64,000 bases of DNA from Candidatus Cloacimonadales bacterium (GTDB lineage: Bacteria; Cloacimonadota; Cloacimonadia; Cloacimonadales; JAIOQZ01): assembly GCA_963665815.1 (NCBI GenBank), contig OY762463.1:2240001-2304000 (forward strand), read 5' to 3'. Positions 9,967 through 19,725 of the stretch are shown here, one piece after another; position 1 is the stretch's first letter, and each line of letters starts with the position of its first letter. Both the position numbers and the translations under genes were made by a program. Below the pieces are notes generated by a model. The model was not told the origin of the DNA, made no database searches, and saw only the letters and a list, made by a program, of their open reading frames with translations.

Positions 9967-10710
9967 ATGAAATCTCTTGGAATTGATATCGGCTCCAGAA
10001 CAATTAAGCTGGTTTTGCTGGAAAATGGAGTCATTGTTCATTCTAAAGTTATGAGAAATACATATAATCATGAGAAGGTTCTGCCAGAGCTGATAGCTGA
10101 TATTGATTATGATGTCATGACAGCTACAGGTTACGGCAGGCATTTCTTTGAAGAAACAAATAAACATTGTATTATAACAGAGATAAAAGCTTTTGCAATC
10201 GGTATGAAACATTTGTATCCTGAAGTGGACACAATCTTAGATATTGGTGGACAGGATACAAAGGCAATATCTTTAGATTTGAATGGGCGTATTCGTAAAT
10301 TTTTCATGAATGATAAGTGTGCTGCAGGAACGGGTAGATTTCTGGAAATTATGGCTTCAGCATTGAACTTGGATCTGAGGGAATTTGGAAAAACTGCGTT
10401 AATGGCAAAGAGATCAGAGAAGATAAACAATATGTGTGCTGTATTTGCCGAATCAGAAGTAATTTCGTCTCTCAGTAAGGGAGCAAAACGTGAAGAAGTT
10501 GCACGTGGAATTCATGAATCTGTTGTGAAAAGATCATTAGTTTTACTGCAGAAGATATATATTGGTAAATCCGTAGCATTTGGTGGCGGGGTTGCTATGA
10601 ATCCATGTGTAAAGCATTTGCTGGAAGATGTACTCAAAAAGAAAATTCATGTCCCTGATGCACCTCAGTTAATTGGAGCACTTGGATGTGCATTATATGG
10701 TTCTCTTTAG
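9967..10710 (+). CDS. ATP-dependent electron-transfer activase (HgdC/BadF-BadG-BcrA-BcrD ASKHA ATPase; DCCP reductase-like)
   Basis: GIDIGSRTIK, TATGYGR, DIGGQDTK, MNDKCAAGTGRFLE, CAVFAESE, GGVAMN, GALG motifs. Confidence 0.92.
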   Translation: MKSLGIDIGSRTIKLVLLENGVIVHSKVMRNTYNHEKVLPELIADIDYDVMTATGYGRHFFEETNKHCIITEIKAFAIGMKHLYPEVDTILDIGGQDTKAISLDLNGRIRKFFMNDKCAAGTGRFLEIMASALNLDLREFGKTALMAKRSEKINNMCAVFAESEVISSLSKGAKREEVARGIHESVVKRSLVLLQKIYIGKSVAFGGGVAMNPCVKHLLEDVLKKKIHVPDAPQLIGALGCALYGSL

Positions 10711-10738
10711 ATTAATAGTAATCGTATTATAATTAATG

Positions 10739-10766
10739 AAAACAGGCTGCGTAAGCAGCCTGTTTT
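10739..10766. terminator. Bidirectional Rho-independent terminator
   Basis: AAAACAGGCTGC-GTAA-GCAGCCTGTTTT perfect inverted repeat between convergent genes. Confidence 0.88.
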
Positions 10767-10786
10767 ATAGTATCAGGTCGAATGAA

Positions 10787-12430
10787 TTATTTCATTAAGA
10801 CCATTTTAGATGTTTTTGTGTAATCAGGAGTCACGAGTTTATAGAAATAAACACCTGAACTTACGTTATTACCGCTTGCATCTTTTCCTTCCCAGATAAC
10901 ACTGTCAGTTTCTTTCACTTCTCTTTTGTCGAATAATGTTACAACTTTTTGACCTTTGATGTTGTAAATTACGAGAGATGCATCAACTGTTTCACCGATT
11001 TGACCTTTAATTGAAAAATCGATTTTTGTTTTTGGGTTGAAAGGATTTGGGTAGTTTGATAAAAGATTAGTTGCTTCAACATATTCTGTAACACTTTTAC
11101 CAATTGTAATTGTTTGTGGTCCGTAGAATCCACCTGTGTTATTATCAGCTTGAACTACTTCAATCCAGTAGTAATATGTTTCATTAACAAGAACATCTTC
11201 ATCTGTATGTTGATATTCCTGAGTTCCTGATGTATTAGTAGCAGCGATGAGCTGATTACTGTTGATTGGTTCTGCATCAGTAAGATCTGCTTTAAGGCTA
11301 CGGAATAATTTGAATCCGATAAGATCTGTTTCTGATTTGGTTGACCATGTAATATTTACAAACTGATTAGCATCTTCTGAAAGATAGAAGCCTGCAAATT
11401 CAACAGGAAGTGATTGCCCAAGGCTGTTAGCACCAGGGTCAGCTGTATCTGGTGTTGTTGCCGGAGTCCAAACTGTAGGTGTTGTTTGAATTACACGTTC
11501 GTCGTTGTTAACAACAGGTGTTGTATCAATTGCCATACGTACATCCGGGATGTTAAGTGCATATGCATATCCATTACCGATTTCTAATTGTGCATCACCT
11601 TGAACAAACAAAGTATACATGTTAAGTGATACTCCCCAGGCTGCTTCAAAAGTTGCCTGATCAGCACCGTTAGAGATAATAACTGCACCGTAAGCCGGAA
11701 CTGTTCCTGAAAGTGCCACAGAAATAGCTGTTGTAACTTTTTCAATTGTTACGTTAGTAAGCTCTACTTCATCGCCTGTTACGTTTTTCACTTCGATAAA
11801 TGCTGTTGTTTCTGCTTGACCAACAAGATTATCAGAAATCTCACTGAAGAAGAGTGAACCGTCTGTAGGTTCTACAGGACCTGTGCCACCAAGAACGATG
11901 TCATGATCGCCGAAGTATGTGCCGTTATCAACTGGAGATGCATCATATTGAGTAATCTGGTTTTGAACACCACTGATGTCCCATCTTAAGTTTGTATTTT
12001 GAGCAGCATCTGCTACGTCAAATACCATTACTGCACAATCTGTCCATACGTCACCGAGCATGTAGCACATCATAGGTGTGGTACTTACTCCATTATATAC
12101 ACCATTGATACCGCATTTAATGGCTGACATTTCTGCAGGTACAAGTTGATAGATATCCATTTCGAAAAATATATGATCTTCGATTGGACCAAGACTGTAA
12201 GATTCTGCATTGTTATAAGTAAGACAAGCATTGTTAAAAAGTATACGAAGGTTAAAGAAACCAACAGGAACATCTCCTGCATTTGATTTCACTTGTAGTT
12301 TTACTTTGTATTTTCCATTTGCTGCATCGTATCCCATGCCATCTGCATCGTATACCATGTTATAGTCAATGGAAGCAAAAATTGTGCTTATTAATGTTAA
12401 AACAAACACTAAAGCTAATAATTTTTTCAT
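10787..12430 (-). CDS. Secreted protein: cohesin-like N-domain, lamin-tail-like domain, LPVEF Ig-like domain, C-terminal sorting domain
   Basis: Signal peptide; KVKLQVKS...VGFFNLRILFNNACLTY beta-sandwich; FSEISDN..AFIEVKN; LPVEFAGF; NYPNPFNP...SGVYFYKL...KMVLMK. The CDS is certain; the cohesin call is inference. Confidence 0.75.
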   Translation of the reverse strand: MKKLLALVFVLTLISTIFASIDYNMVYDADGMGYDAANGKYKVKLQVKSNAGDVPVGFFNLRILFNNACLTYNNAESYSLGPIEDHIFFEMDIYQLVPAEMSAIKCGINGVYNGVSTTPMMCYMLGDVWTDCAVMVFDVADAAQNTNLRWDISGVQNQITQYDASPVDNGTYFGDHDIVLGGTGPVEPTDGSLFFSEISDNLVGQAETTAFIEVKNVTGDEVELTNVTIEKVTTAISVALSGTVPAYGAVIISNGADQATFEAAWGVSLNMYTLFVQGDAQLEIGNGYAYALNIPDVRMAIDTTPVVNNDERVIQTTPTVWTPATTPDTADPGANSLGQSLPVEFAGFYLSEDANQFVNITWSTKSETDLIGFKLFRSLKADLTDAEPINSNQLIAATNTSGTQEYQHTDEDVLVNETYYYWIEVVQADNNTGGFYGPQTITIGKSVTEYVEATNLLSNYPNPFNPKTKIDFSIKGQIGETVDASLVIYNIKGQKVVTLFDKREVKETDSVIWEGKDASGNNVSSGVYFYKLVTPDYTKTSKMVLMK

Positions 12431-12446
12431 ATCGACTCCTTTTACA

Positions 12447-15400
12447 TTATCTAGCTAATTTTTTAACTTGTTTGTGAGTAGAACTATCTATTCTATTTAT
12501 TCGGTTTTCTCTTTTACTGAATACGTTAGTTGCAGTTGCAGAGTTATCAGGAACTTGAGAGTCCGGAGCACCGGCTGAGAAATGTGTTTTCCAAACAACA
12601 TTATCAGCAGCAAGAACTGAACTGTCAAAGTCGAGATCTTCTACATTATATCCATCAGGAGTACCACTTGTAAATGCAGCCTGCCATATTGTAGCATCAT
12701 CAGCAATAATAGAACCATCTCCATTAATGTCACCAGGATACATAGCATAGACACCAGTCTCAACTTCGTATACAGGAGCAGGACCTGTTGAGTATGTATT
12801 AGCTGCATCTGAAGTGAAGTCAACAACTGTAGCAGTTGAAGCATCAGCTGGTAATGTAGCAGCAACAGCACTCATAATATCAGAGTGGTTTCTGTGACGG
12901 AGAACTACAAAGTAGTCACCTGCAGCTGCATTAAGGAAGTTAACGTAATCTACAGTATTATCTGTTTCGTAAGCAACGTCCACAATCATACCTGAATCAA
13001 GAAGAAGTCCTGATCTCTGTTCGATTGTAGCACCGTCAGCTGTTTGACGAAGTTCAACAGAAATCCAGTCAACAACGTCTGTAGGCATAGCTGTTACAGC
13101 AATACCGTCAGCGTAAGGTGATGTTGCAGGAAGGAATCCATTAACAGCAGTGCTCATGTTGTCATTATCAACTGAGTAAGCTCCACCAAGGAATACGTTA
13201 ACCTTAGCTTTTGCTGTAGGTGGTACGTATGTGTTTACACCGAAGTTATCTACGTAGAAGTTTGGTCCGTAACCTGAAACACCAACAACCTGGAAGAATA
13301 CTGTTTGTCCAAGGTATGCATCAAGTGGGAATGTTTCTGTAACACCAGTTCCTGGTGCAGTATCTCCAGCTCCGTCATTTGAATCAAAAGCTGTACCTGT
13401 TAAGTTCCAGAGTTCAGTCCAGTTAATTCCATCTGTTGAGATTTGTACAATACCCTGATCGTCAGGGTAAGTAGAATGGTATTTGTGAGACCAATCGAAA
13501 TTAAGAGCCCACATTCCTGTTGAAGGTAACTGAACAGGAGGAGTAGTCATTATAGCAGTTCCAGTGCTCCATCCCCAGAAGTTACAATATGCAGCTTCTC
13601 CGCCGTATTGAGCCCAAGTTCTGTCACCACTGAGAGTCCAGTTTGTTGGAGCCCAGCTTGTGAATTCTTCTAACCATGGGAATACTGTGATTGTTGGGTC
13701 TGCTCTCACAGTAAATGATTGTTCTGCACAGCCTGTTGCAGGGCCAACAGCGTTTTCAGGAACTACCATCCAATAATATGTGTTACCATAAGTCAAACCA
13801 CTATAATCATATGATGTAGCAGTTAAGGCCATACCGTTAACAATGTCATATGTTCCGGATGCTGTACCGAAGTACAGATTGTAAGTTGAAGCATAATCTG
13901 TTGTATCCCAATCTAATGTACCGTTTTCTAACTGATCAATTGCAGCATCTGCAGGTGCAGTATATGCAGCACAACCAGGAGTTACAGCGACTGTGGAGAA
14001 TGACCATTCAGGGCAACCGGTTGCATAACCGTTTGCGTTACCCGGTTCAACTTTCCAGTAATATGTTTGTGCTGGAGATAATGTATAGTTGTAGGATGTA
14101 TTAGTAAGAACCAGACCGTTTACTATATCATAAGTACCAGCATCAGTACCAAGGTATAACTTGTAAGTTTGTGCGAGGAATGCTTCATCCCAGGTTAATG
14201 CACCAGAGTCAAGCTGATCAACAGATGCATCAACAGGAGTTGGATCATTTGTACATGCAGGAGGATTAGAATTAGAGAAAATTCTGAAATCATCAATACA
14301 TACGTCACTGTAGTAAGAAGTTGTTCCTTCTGCTCTGAACTTGAATGTAGTTGTAGCAGTAAATGAAGATAAATCTATGGTTACAGCTGTCCATTGACCG
14401 GTATATCCCCAGTTTTCAGGATAAGTTGTCCATGTTGATCCGTCAAATGTATCAAGATACAATGTAGATTGATCATTTGTTGTATCTCCAGGATCTCCAA
14501 TCCAATAGAAGAAAGAAAGAGTTGGGTTGGTCAATGCTGAAAAATCAAATGGGTTAGTCTCAATATGAGCAACGTCTACAGTTGAAGTACCTGAATCATC
14601 AAATCCAATATAACCTGTTGAGTTATATCCTGATGTAGCACCATGGCCAATTGATCCTGTTTCAGCTGCCCAGTCATCATCATGGGAGGTTCCTTCTGCA
14701 ACATTAACCCAATTAGCAGGCATACCTGATTCGAAGTCTTCTAACCATTCACCGACAATTGTTGGATCACTTCTTACTGTAAAGTTTTGCTCTGGACATG
14801 TAGTATTTGGACCATTGCCGTTTACAGGTCGAACAGTCCAGTAATATGTTGCATCATATGTTAAGCCTGAATAATCATATTCAGTTCCGGTTACACTCAT
14901 TCCATTGACAATATCATAGTTTCCTGAAGAAGTTCCAAAATAAACAAGATATTCTGTTGCTGAAACACTTGTATTCCACAATAATTGACCATACTCGTAT
15001 TGAACTCCATCTGCATCTGTTGGGTAATAACCTGTAGAACATTCCGGAGGTGTCATAAGTGTAGAGAATGACCATTCAGGACAACCTGTAGCAAAACCAT
15101 TTACATTACCTGGAACTACCATCCAGTAGTAAGTGTTACCAAGTGTAGCAGTATAATCGTAACTTGTTGTTGTTAAAGTCATACCGTTAACTATATCATA
15201 ATTTCCTGTTGAAGATCCGAAATAGAATATGTATGATGTTGCTCCACCAGGATTTCCCCATGAAAGTGTAATATCTTCGAGCAAGTCAGTTGTACCATCA
15301 GCAGGTGAGAGTGTTGTTACACATGCCGGAGGTGTTGCATTGCTGAATACTCTAAAGTTATCAATACCAATGTCTGACTGATATGATGTAGAACCTACAG

Positions 15401-16811
15401 CTCTGAATCTGAATGTCATAGTTGTGTTCATAGCTGAAAGGTCTATGTTTGCTTCATTCCAGGCAGCATTGTAAGTCCAGCCGGCACCATATTGTGTCCA
15501 GCCTGAACCATCATCAATGTCAAGATACAATGTAGAAGTTTCTGCATCTGGATATGATGTATCACCAACCCAATATTGAAAACTGAGTGTTGGGTTTGAG
15601 AGCCCTGTAATATCAAAAGTATTGGTTGTGATATGAGCTTCATCAGCTCCTGAGCCTGAATCGTCAAAACCGAGTAAATATGTTGATCCGCCAGCTGCAT
15701 TATCCGGTCCATAAGATATATTTGGAAGAACAGACCAGTTATCATCATCGTCTGTAGCTTGTGACCAGCATGATGAAATTGAAGCTGATTCGAAGTCTTC
15801 AAGGAATGGATATGTGTTTATACTTCCACACTGGGTCTGGAATGTCCATGAAATACCAGTTGTAGAAAGACCAGATGTTGAGTTATGTGTATCTACTCTC
15901 CATTCATAATCTGCTGTATAAGCCAGACCTGAGTAAGTATATGAACCTGTTGCTCCGGCTGCTGCACCTGAGACAACCTGAGTCATATTACCTGCAGGAC
16001 CAAACCATAAATCATATGTATCTGTATCCGCACCAAAATCCCATGTAAGTGTACCGTCAACTGGAACTCCTATTGAAGCAGTTGCAGGGTTTGGATTAAT
16101 TGGGAGACCTGGTGTACCTGCAGCAGGTGGAGCAAAACTGATAGCCATTGCATCTGAAAAGTTTGATGCATCGTTATAGCAGTATGTTAAACCCAATGTG
16201 CCATCAGCATTTTCAATACCGACAGTACATCCAGCCTGATCAATTCCACCGTTGAATGATGAGTATTGAAATATAATATCACCATCATCACAAAGTATTA
16301 CCTGAGCATCAAGATAACCGGTACCTTCACCACTATATTCATGATAGTTCATGAAAGTTACAAGAAGAGCATTACCGCCATCATATGTGATGTTTTCGTA
16401 AGTTACAGTTGCATTGTTTGCTGGTGCAGAAGTACTTACAGGATCCAGATCATCCCAGAACCAGGCGATTATATCGTTTGGTGTTCCTGCATTGGGTAGA
16501 AGTACATTAGATAAGCTGCTTCCGTTATTAAAAGCAATAAAGCCATTAGAACATAGATAAAAGTCAGTTTTATCCGCGCCATAATATGGGAAGTTAAAAC
16601 CAATTGGGAATGGACCAACTGAGTTATCATCAGCTTGTCCGGTTACTACTGTTGCACTTGCATCAGGAGTAATCCAGCTATATGCAGGTCCACTTCCGTC
16701 GTTACTGTTTCGCCATGTATACCCAAAACCATCAGGACCACCTGAGGTCTGAGCATAAATGAAACTTAATGAAAACAGTATTAAAAAGATTGAAACTAGT
16801 CTTTTTTTCAT
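12447..16811 (-). CDS. Large secreted adhesin-like protein (NIDO-like N-domain, repeated FN3-like and MAM/cleaved-adhesin-like domains) with C-terminal dockerin-like domain
   Basis: Signal peptide; GGPDGFGYTW...IGFNFPYYG...WDDL; repeats PxC...P.D...L.W....A..Y..YFG...G.YDIVNG...YYW.V.P.N..G...C.E.SF; LEDFE...W domains; C-terminal VFLGGAY...VDWISVELR...RHRNH...GDINGDGSIIADD...EDLDFDSSVLAAD. No FlgD-type CTD. Confidence 0.8.
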   Translation of the reverse strand: MKKRLVSIFLILFSLSFIYAQTSGGPDGFGYTWRNSNDGSGPAYSWITPDASATVVTGQADDNSVGPFPIGFNFPYYGADKTDFYLCSNGFIAFNNGSSLSNVLLPNAGTPNDIIAWFWDDLDPVSTSAPANNATVTYENITYDGGNALLVTFMNYHEYSGEGTGYLDAQVILCDDGDIIFQYSSFNGGIDQAGCTVGIENADGTLGLTYCYNDASNFSDAMAISFAPPAAGTPGLPINPNPATASIGVPVDGTLTWDFGADTDTYDLWFGPAGNMTQVVSGAAAGATGSYTYSGLAYTADYEWRVDTHNSTSGLSTTGISWTFQTQCGSINTYPFLEDFESASISSCWSQATDDDDNWSVLPNISYGPDNAAGGSTYLLGFDDSGSGADEAHITTNTFDITGLSNPTLSFQYWVGDTSYPDAETSTLYLDIDDGSGWTQYGAGWTYNAAWNEANIDLSAMNTTMTFRFRAVGSTSYQSDIGIDNFRVFSNATPPACVTTLSPADGTTDLLEDITLSWGNPGGATSYIFYFGSSTGNYDIVNGMTLTTTSYDYTATLGNTYYWMVVPGNVNGFATGCPEWSFSTLMTPPECSTGYYPTDADGVQYEYGQLLWNTSVSATEYLVYFGTSSGNYDIVNGMSVTGTEYDYSGLTYDATYYWTVRPVNGNGPNTTCPEQNFTVRSDPTIVGEWLEDFESGMPANWVNVAEGTSHDDDWAAETGSIGHGATSGYNSTGYIGFDDSGTSTVDVAHIETNPFDFSALTNPTLSFFYWIGDPGDTTNDQSTLYLDTFDGSTWTTYPENWGYTGQWTAVTIDLSSFTATTTFKFRAEGTTSYYSDVCIDDFRIFSNSNPPACTNDPTPVDASVDQLDSGALTWDEAFLAQTYKLYLGTDAGTYDIVNGLVLTNTSYNYTLSPAQTYYWKVEPGNANGYATGCPEWSFSTVAVTPGCAAYTAPADAAIDQLENGTLDWDTTDYASTYNLYFGTASGTYDIVNGMALTATSYDYSGLTYGNTYYWMVVPENAVGPATGCAEQSFTVRADPTITVFPWLEEFTSWAPTNWTLSGDRTWAQYGGEAAYCNFWGWSTGTAIMTTPPVQLPSTGMWALNFDWSHKYHSTYPDDQGIVQISTDGINWTELWNLTGTAFDSNDGAGDTAPGTGVTETFPLDAYLGQTVFFQVVGVSGYGPNFYVDNFGVNTYVPPTAKAKVNVFLGGAYSVDNDNMSTAVNGFLPATSPYADGIAVTAMPTDVVDWISVELRQTADGATIEQRSGLLLDSGMIVDVAYETDNTVDYVNFLNAAAGDYFVVLRHRNHSDIMSAVAATLPADASTATVVDFTSDAANTYSTGPAPVYEVETGVYAMYPGDINGDGSIIADDATIWQAAFTSGTPDGYNVEDLDFDSSVLAADNVVWKTHFSAGAPDSQVPDNSATATNVFSKRENRINRIDSSTHKQVKKLAR

Positions 16812-17066
16812 ACTTTCTCCTTCTTTAGATTAATAGAAATTTATTTTAATTAAGTAATTTTACCTTGCATTACTCCTTTTAATTTACTGTTATCCTTGCA
16901 GTTATTTACTTTTAGAGAAATTACGCCAATCTATAACATATTTTTAATTATTGTCAATTTTTTTACTTTCAACTTGATCTTTTTCAGATAATATTCGCTA
17001 ATATGATAAATCTTTGATAGTGTATAAATTACATTGTAACATTTATAAATATCAACAAATTCGACC

Positions 17067-19724
17067 TTATTCATTTATTTTGTCATCAAGTAACTTCTTC
17101 ACAGCAGATGTCAGTTTAAAATGCGTATATGGTTTTGATACAAAATTGAATTCAGTTGAATTTATTCCCTTGCTTTTAAGTATATCATCAGTATATCCTG
17201 ATCCGAACAATATTTTTATATGTGGGTATTTTTCTTTTATAATTGATGAAAGTGTTCCTCCGTCCATTTCAGGCATAATTACATCAGTAAGTATTAGTTT
17301 GATATCCCGATTCATTGTTTTCAGTTTGTTCAGAGCCTCTCTACCGTTTACAGCAGTGATAATGTTATAACCTGCTGAAAGCAGAATCTGTCTGGTTATA
17401 TCCATTACTGCCTCATCATCTTCTACAATCAGAATCAGTTCCTGATTACCCTTTATGATGGTTCTGCTTTCTTCAATTTGCCTTGATTCTCCTGTTTCCT
17501 TTACCGGCCACAAAATCCTGAATTCGGTACCGATATTTACTTCACTCTCAACTGAGACATAACCCATATTCTGTTTTACAATACCATAGATCGTTGATAG
17601 TCCAAGCCCTGTACCTTTATTAACTCTTTTAGAAGTAAAGAACGGTTCAAAAATCTTATCAATAATATTATCGGGTATTCCTTTCCCATTGTCTTTTACA
17701 ATAATAAGAAGATAAAGTCCATCCTCAAGATCTCTGAATTCAGGATTAAACTCCTTACAGACTAATAGTTCATCGGTTTCAATCTGAATCACTCTGCGTC
17801 TGTTGAACAGTTCCTTTTCCTGTATTGCGTCTTTTGCATTAACAATAAGATTAATAAAAATTTGCTCTAATTGACCGGGGTCAGCTTCCACCTGATGAAG
17901 ATTACTCTGAAGATTCAATTCAATATCAATATCCTCAGGTACAAGCCTTCTTAACATTTTATACATATTATCAAGAAGATCATTGATGTCAATATGAACC
18001 GGATGCATTATTTCTTTTCTACTGAAAGCAAGAAGCTGTCTTGTCAAAAATGAAGCTTTGTTACCAGCATCAGAAATTTCATTTACAATATTTCTTATAT
18101 TCTCAGGAATTCCCGCATTGTGAATCAGAAGCTCAGCATAACCATTTATAATAGTTAAAAGATTGTTAAAATCGTGAGCAACACCTCCTGCAAGATTGCC
18201 GATAGCTTCCATTTTCTGTGATTGTCTTACGTGCTGCTCAAGCATTGTACTCTGAGTAATATCCCTAATAATAACGTGAAAAGCCGGTGTATTCCGGAAA
18301 TTTATCCTGTGACCAAGAGCCTCGTAATAATGCTTATCATCCATATTGTGAACAAGTTCAAAGCTATACAATTTCTTAGCTTCAGAGTCTTTCGACTCAA
18401 TGCTGGATTTTATATTGTTCCAGATTTTCTGACCGAAAATATCCTGAACTTTTATGTCTTCTGAATTATTATGATCAATATCAAAAAGCCTGCATATTGT
18501 ATTATTTGTAAAAACTAATTTGTCATTTTGAACAATAAAAATCCCTTCAAGTGAGCTTTCAACAAGATTTCTGTATTTCTCTTCACTTTCCTTCAAGTCT
18601 TTTTCAGCTTTTACTCGCGTTTCTATCTCTTTCTGTAAGTGTTCATTACTTTGTAATAAATTTTGAGTTCTTTCTGCAACCATCAGCTCAAGAATGTCCT
18701 TTGAATTTTCCAGTTCCTGCTGAGTTCGCAGTAACTCATTTACCATAAAATTGAAATTGCTGTAAAGTAATTCAATCTCATCGTCCTTGTGGGAAGAGTA
18801 TCGGATATTCTGAATATTACCATTGGCAATTGATTTAGATACTTGAGCAAGATTAATTATAGGCTCAGATATACTTCTGCTCAAAAAGAAACTTACAGCA
18901 ACAATGACAAGAATTAGAATAAGCATTATCAATATTGATGTAATGAAAAGACTATTCTGAATATGGTGATATTCTGAAAAGTTTACAAAAATAACGACTT
19001 TTCCTATAACCTCCTCATTATAGTCCCGGAGATTATCAACGCTGTAAAAGTATCTTCCAAACCTGAATAAATTGCCTGTTTCAGTAAACATCTTCGCGGT
19101 ATTGAGATGGCTTCTCTGTTCCAGATCATGATAACTGTCTGTTGCTGTTATTGTAAAATTATTCATTATCAATGCACAGTTTATGGGAAAATCATCAATA
19201 GCATATTTTTTTGTAATTACTAATCTGCCAAGAAACTTGTTCTTATACTCCAAAGGTATGATATTTGAAATGAGAATATTTGTGCTGTCGCTCCATATAA
19301 ATGGCTCATCATACTTGAATTTATTAAAATCGTAATATTTGGTTTCTCTTGAAAAATCAGATGTGGATTTATCGGAAACAAGAGGTTTCATCTCTTCACT
19401 GAGAATAATAATATTCTCAAACTGTTCCTGGGCTTTAAATTTTTTCAATGCATCATGTACCTGATAATAAACTTCATAGTATAATGGAACAATAAGATTT
19501 GCATTCTGGCTTATTTTAGCAGTTTGCTCTCTGTAACGCTTCTTACTGATCAATTCATGGTTCTTGTATGAAGCATTATGTATTTCCAGAAAATCTCTGG
19601 AGAAATTCTCGGAAGAAATTTTTATTACATGTAATTCAATAAAAAAGAATATTACAATTATTACAAAAGGTATAAAGAAGATTGTTCTGGAAATCTTCCA
19701 TTTGATTGATTTCATTTTATCCAT
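17067..19724 (-). CDS. Hybrid sensor histidine kinase/response regulator (2 TM, HAMP, PAS, HisKA, HATPase, REC)
   Basis: QSQKMEAIGNLAGGVAHDFNNLL H-box; EQIFINLIVNAKDA; DNGKGI; FEPFFTSK; GTGLGLS; receiver VEDD...LTDVIMPEMDG...KP. Confidence 0.95.
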   Translation of the reverse strand: MDKMKSIKWKISRTIFFIPFVIIVIFFFIELHVIKISSENFSRDFLEIHNASYKNHELISKKRYREQTAKISQNANLIVPLYYEVYYQVHDALKKFKAQEQFENIIILSEEMKPLVSDKSTSDFSRETKYYDFNKFKYDEPFIWSDSTNILISNIIPLEYKNKFLGRLVITKKYAIDDFPINCALIMNNFTITATDSYHDLEQRSHLNTAKMFTETGNLFRFGRYFYSVDNLRDYNEEVIGKVVIFVNFSEYHHIQNSLFITSILIMLILILVIVAVSFFLSRSISEPIINLAQVSKSIANGNIQNIRYSSHKDDEIELLYSNFNFMVNELLRTQQELENSKDILELMVAERTQNLLQSNEHLQKEIETRVKAEKDLKESEEKYRNLVESSLEGIFIVQNDKLVFTNNTICRLFDIDHNNSEDIKVQDIFGQKIWNNIKSSIESKDSEAKKLYSFELVHNMDDKHYYEALGHRINFRNTPAFHVIIRDITQSTMLEQHVRQSQKMEAIGNLAGGVAHDFNNLLTIINGYAELLIHNAGIPENIRNIVNEISDAGNKASFLTRQLLAFSRKEIMHPVHIDINDLLDNMYKMLRRLVPEDIDIELNLQSNLHQVEADPGQLEQIFINLIVNAKDAIQEKELFNRRRVIQIETDELLVCKEFNPEFRDLEDGLYLLIIVKDNGKGIPDNIIDKIFEPFFTSKRVNKGTGLGLSTIYGIVKQNMGYVSVESEVNIGTEFRILWPVKETGESRQIEESRTIIKGNQELILIVEDDEAVMDITRQILLSAGYNIITAVNGREALNKLKTMNRDIKLILTDVIMPEMDGGTLSSIIKEKYPHIKILFGSGYTDDILKSKGINSTEFNFVSKPYTHFKLTSAVKKLLDDKINE

Positions 19725-19725
19725 A

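Noticed and set aside
12447-16811. True cellulosome (carbohydrate-active enzyme) interpretation
   Set aside because: No glycoside hydrolase or other catalytic motif is recognisable in the dockerin-bearing protein; only the docking architecture is proposed.
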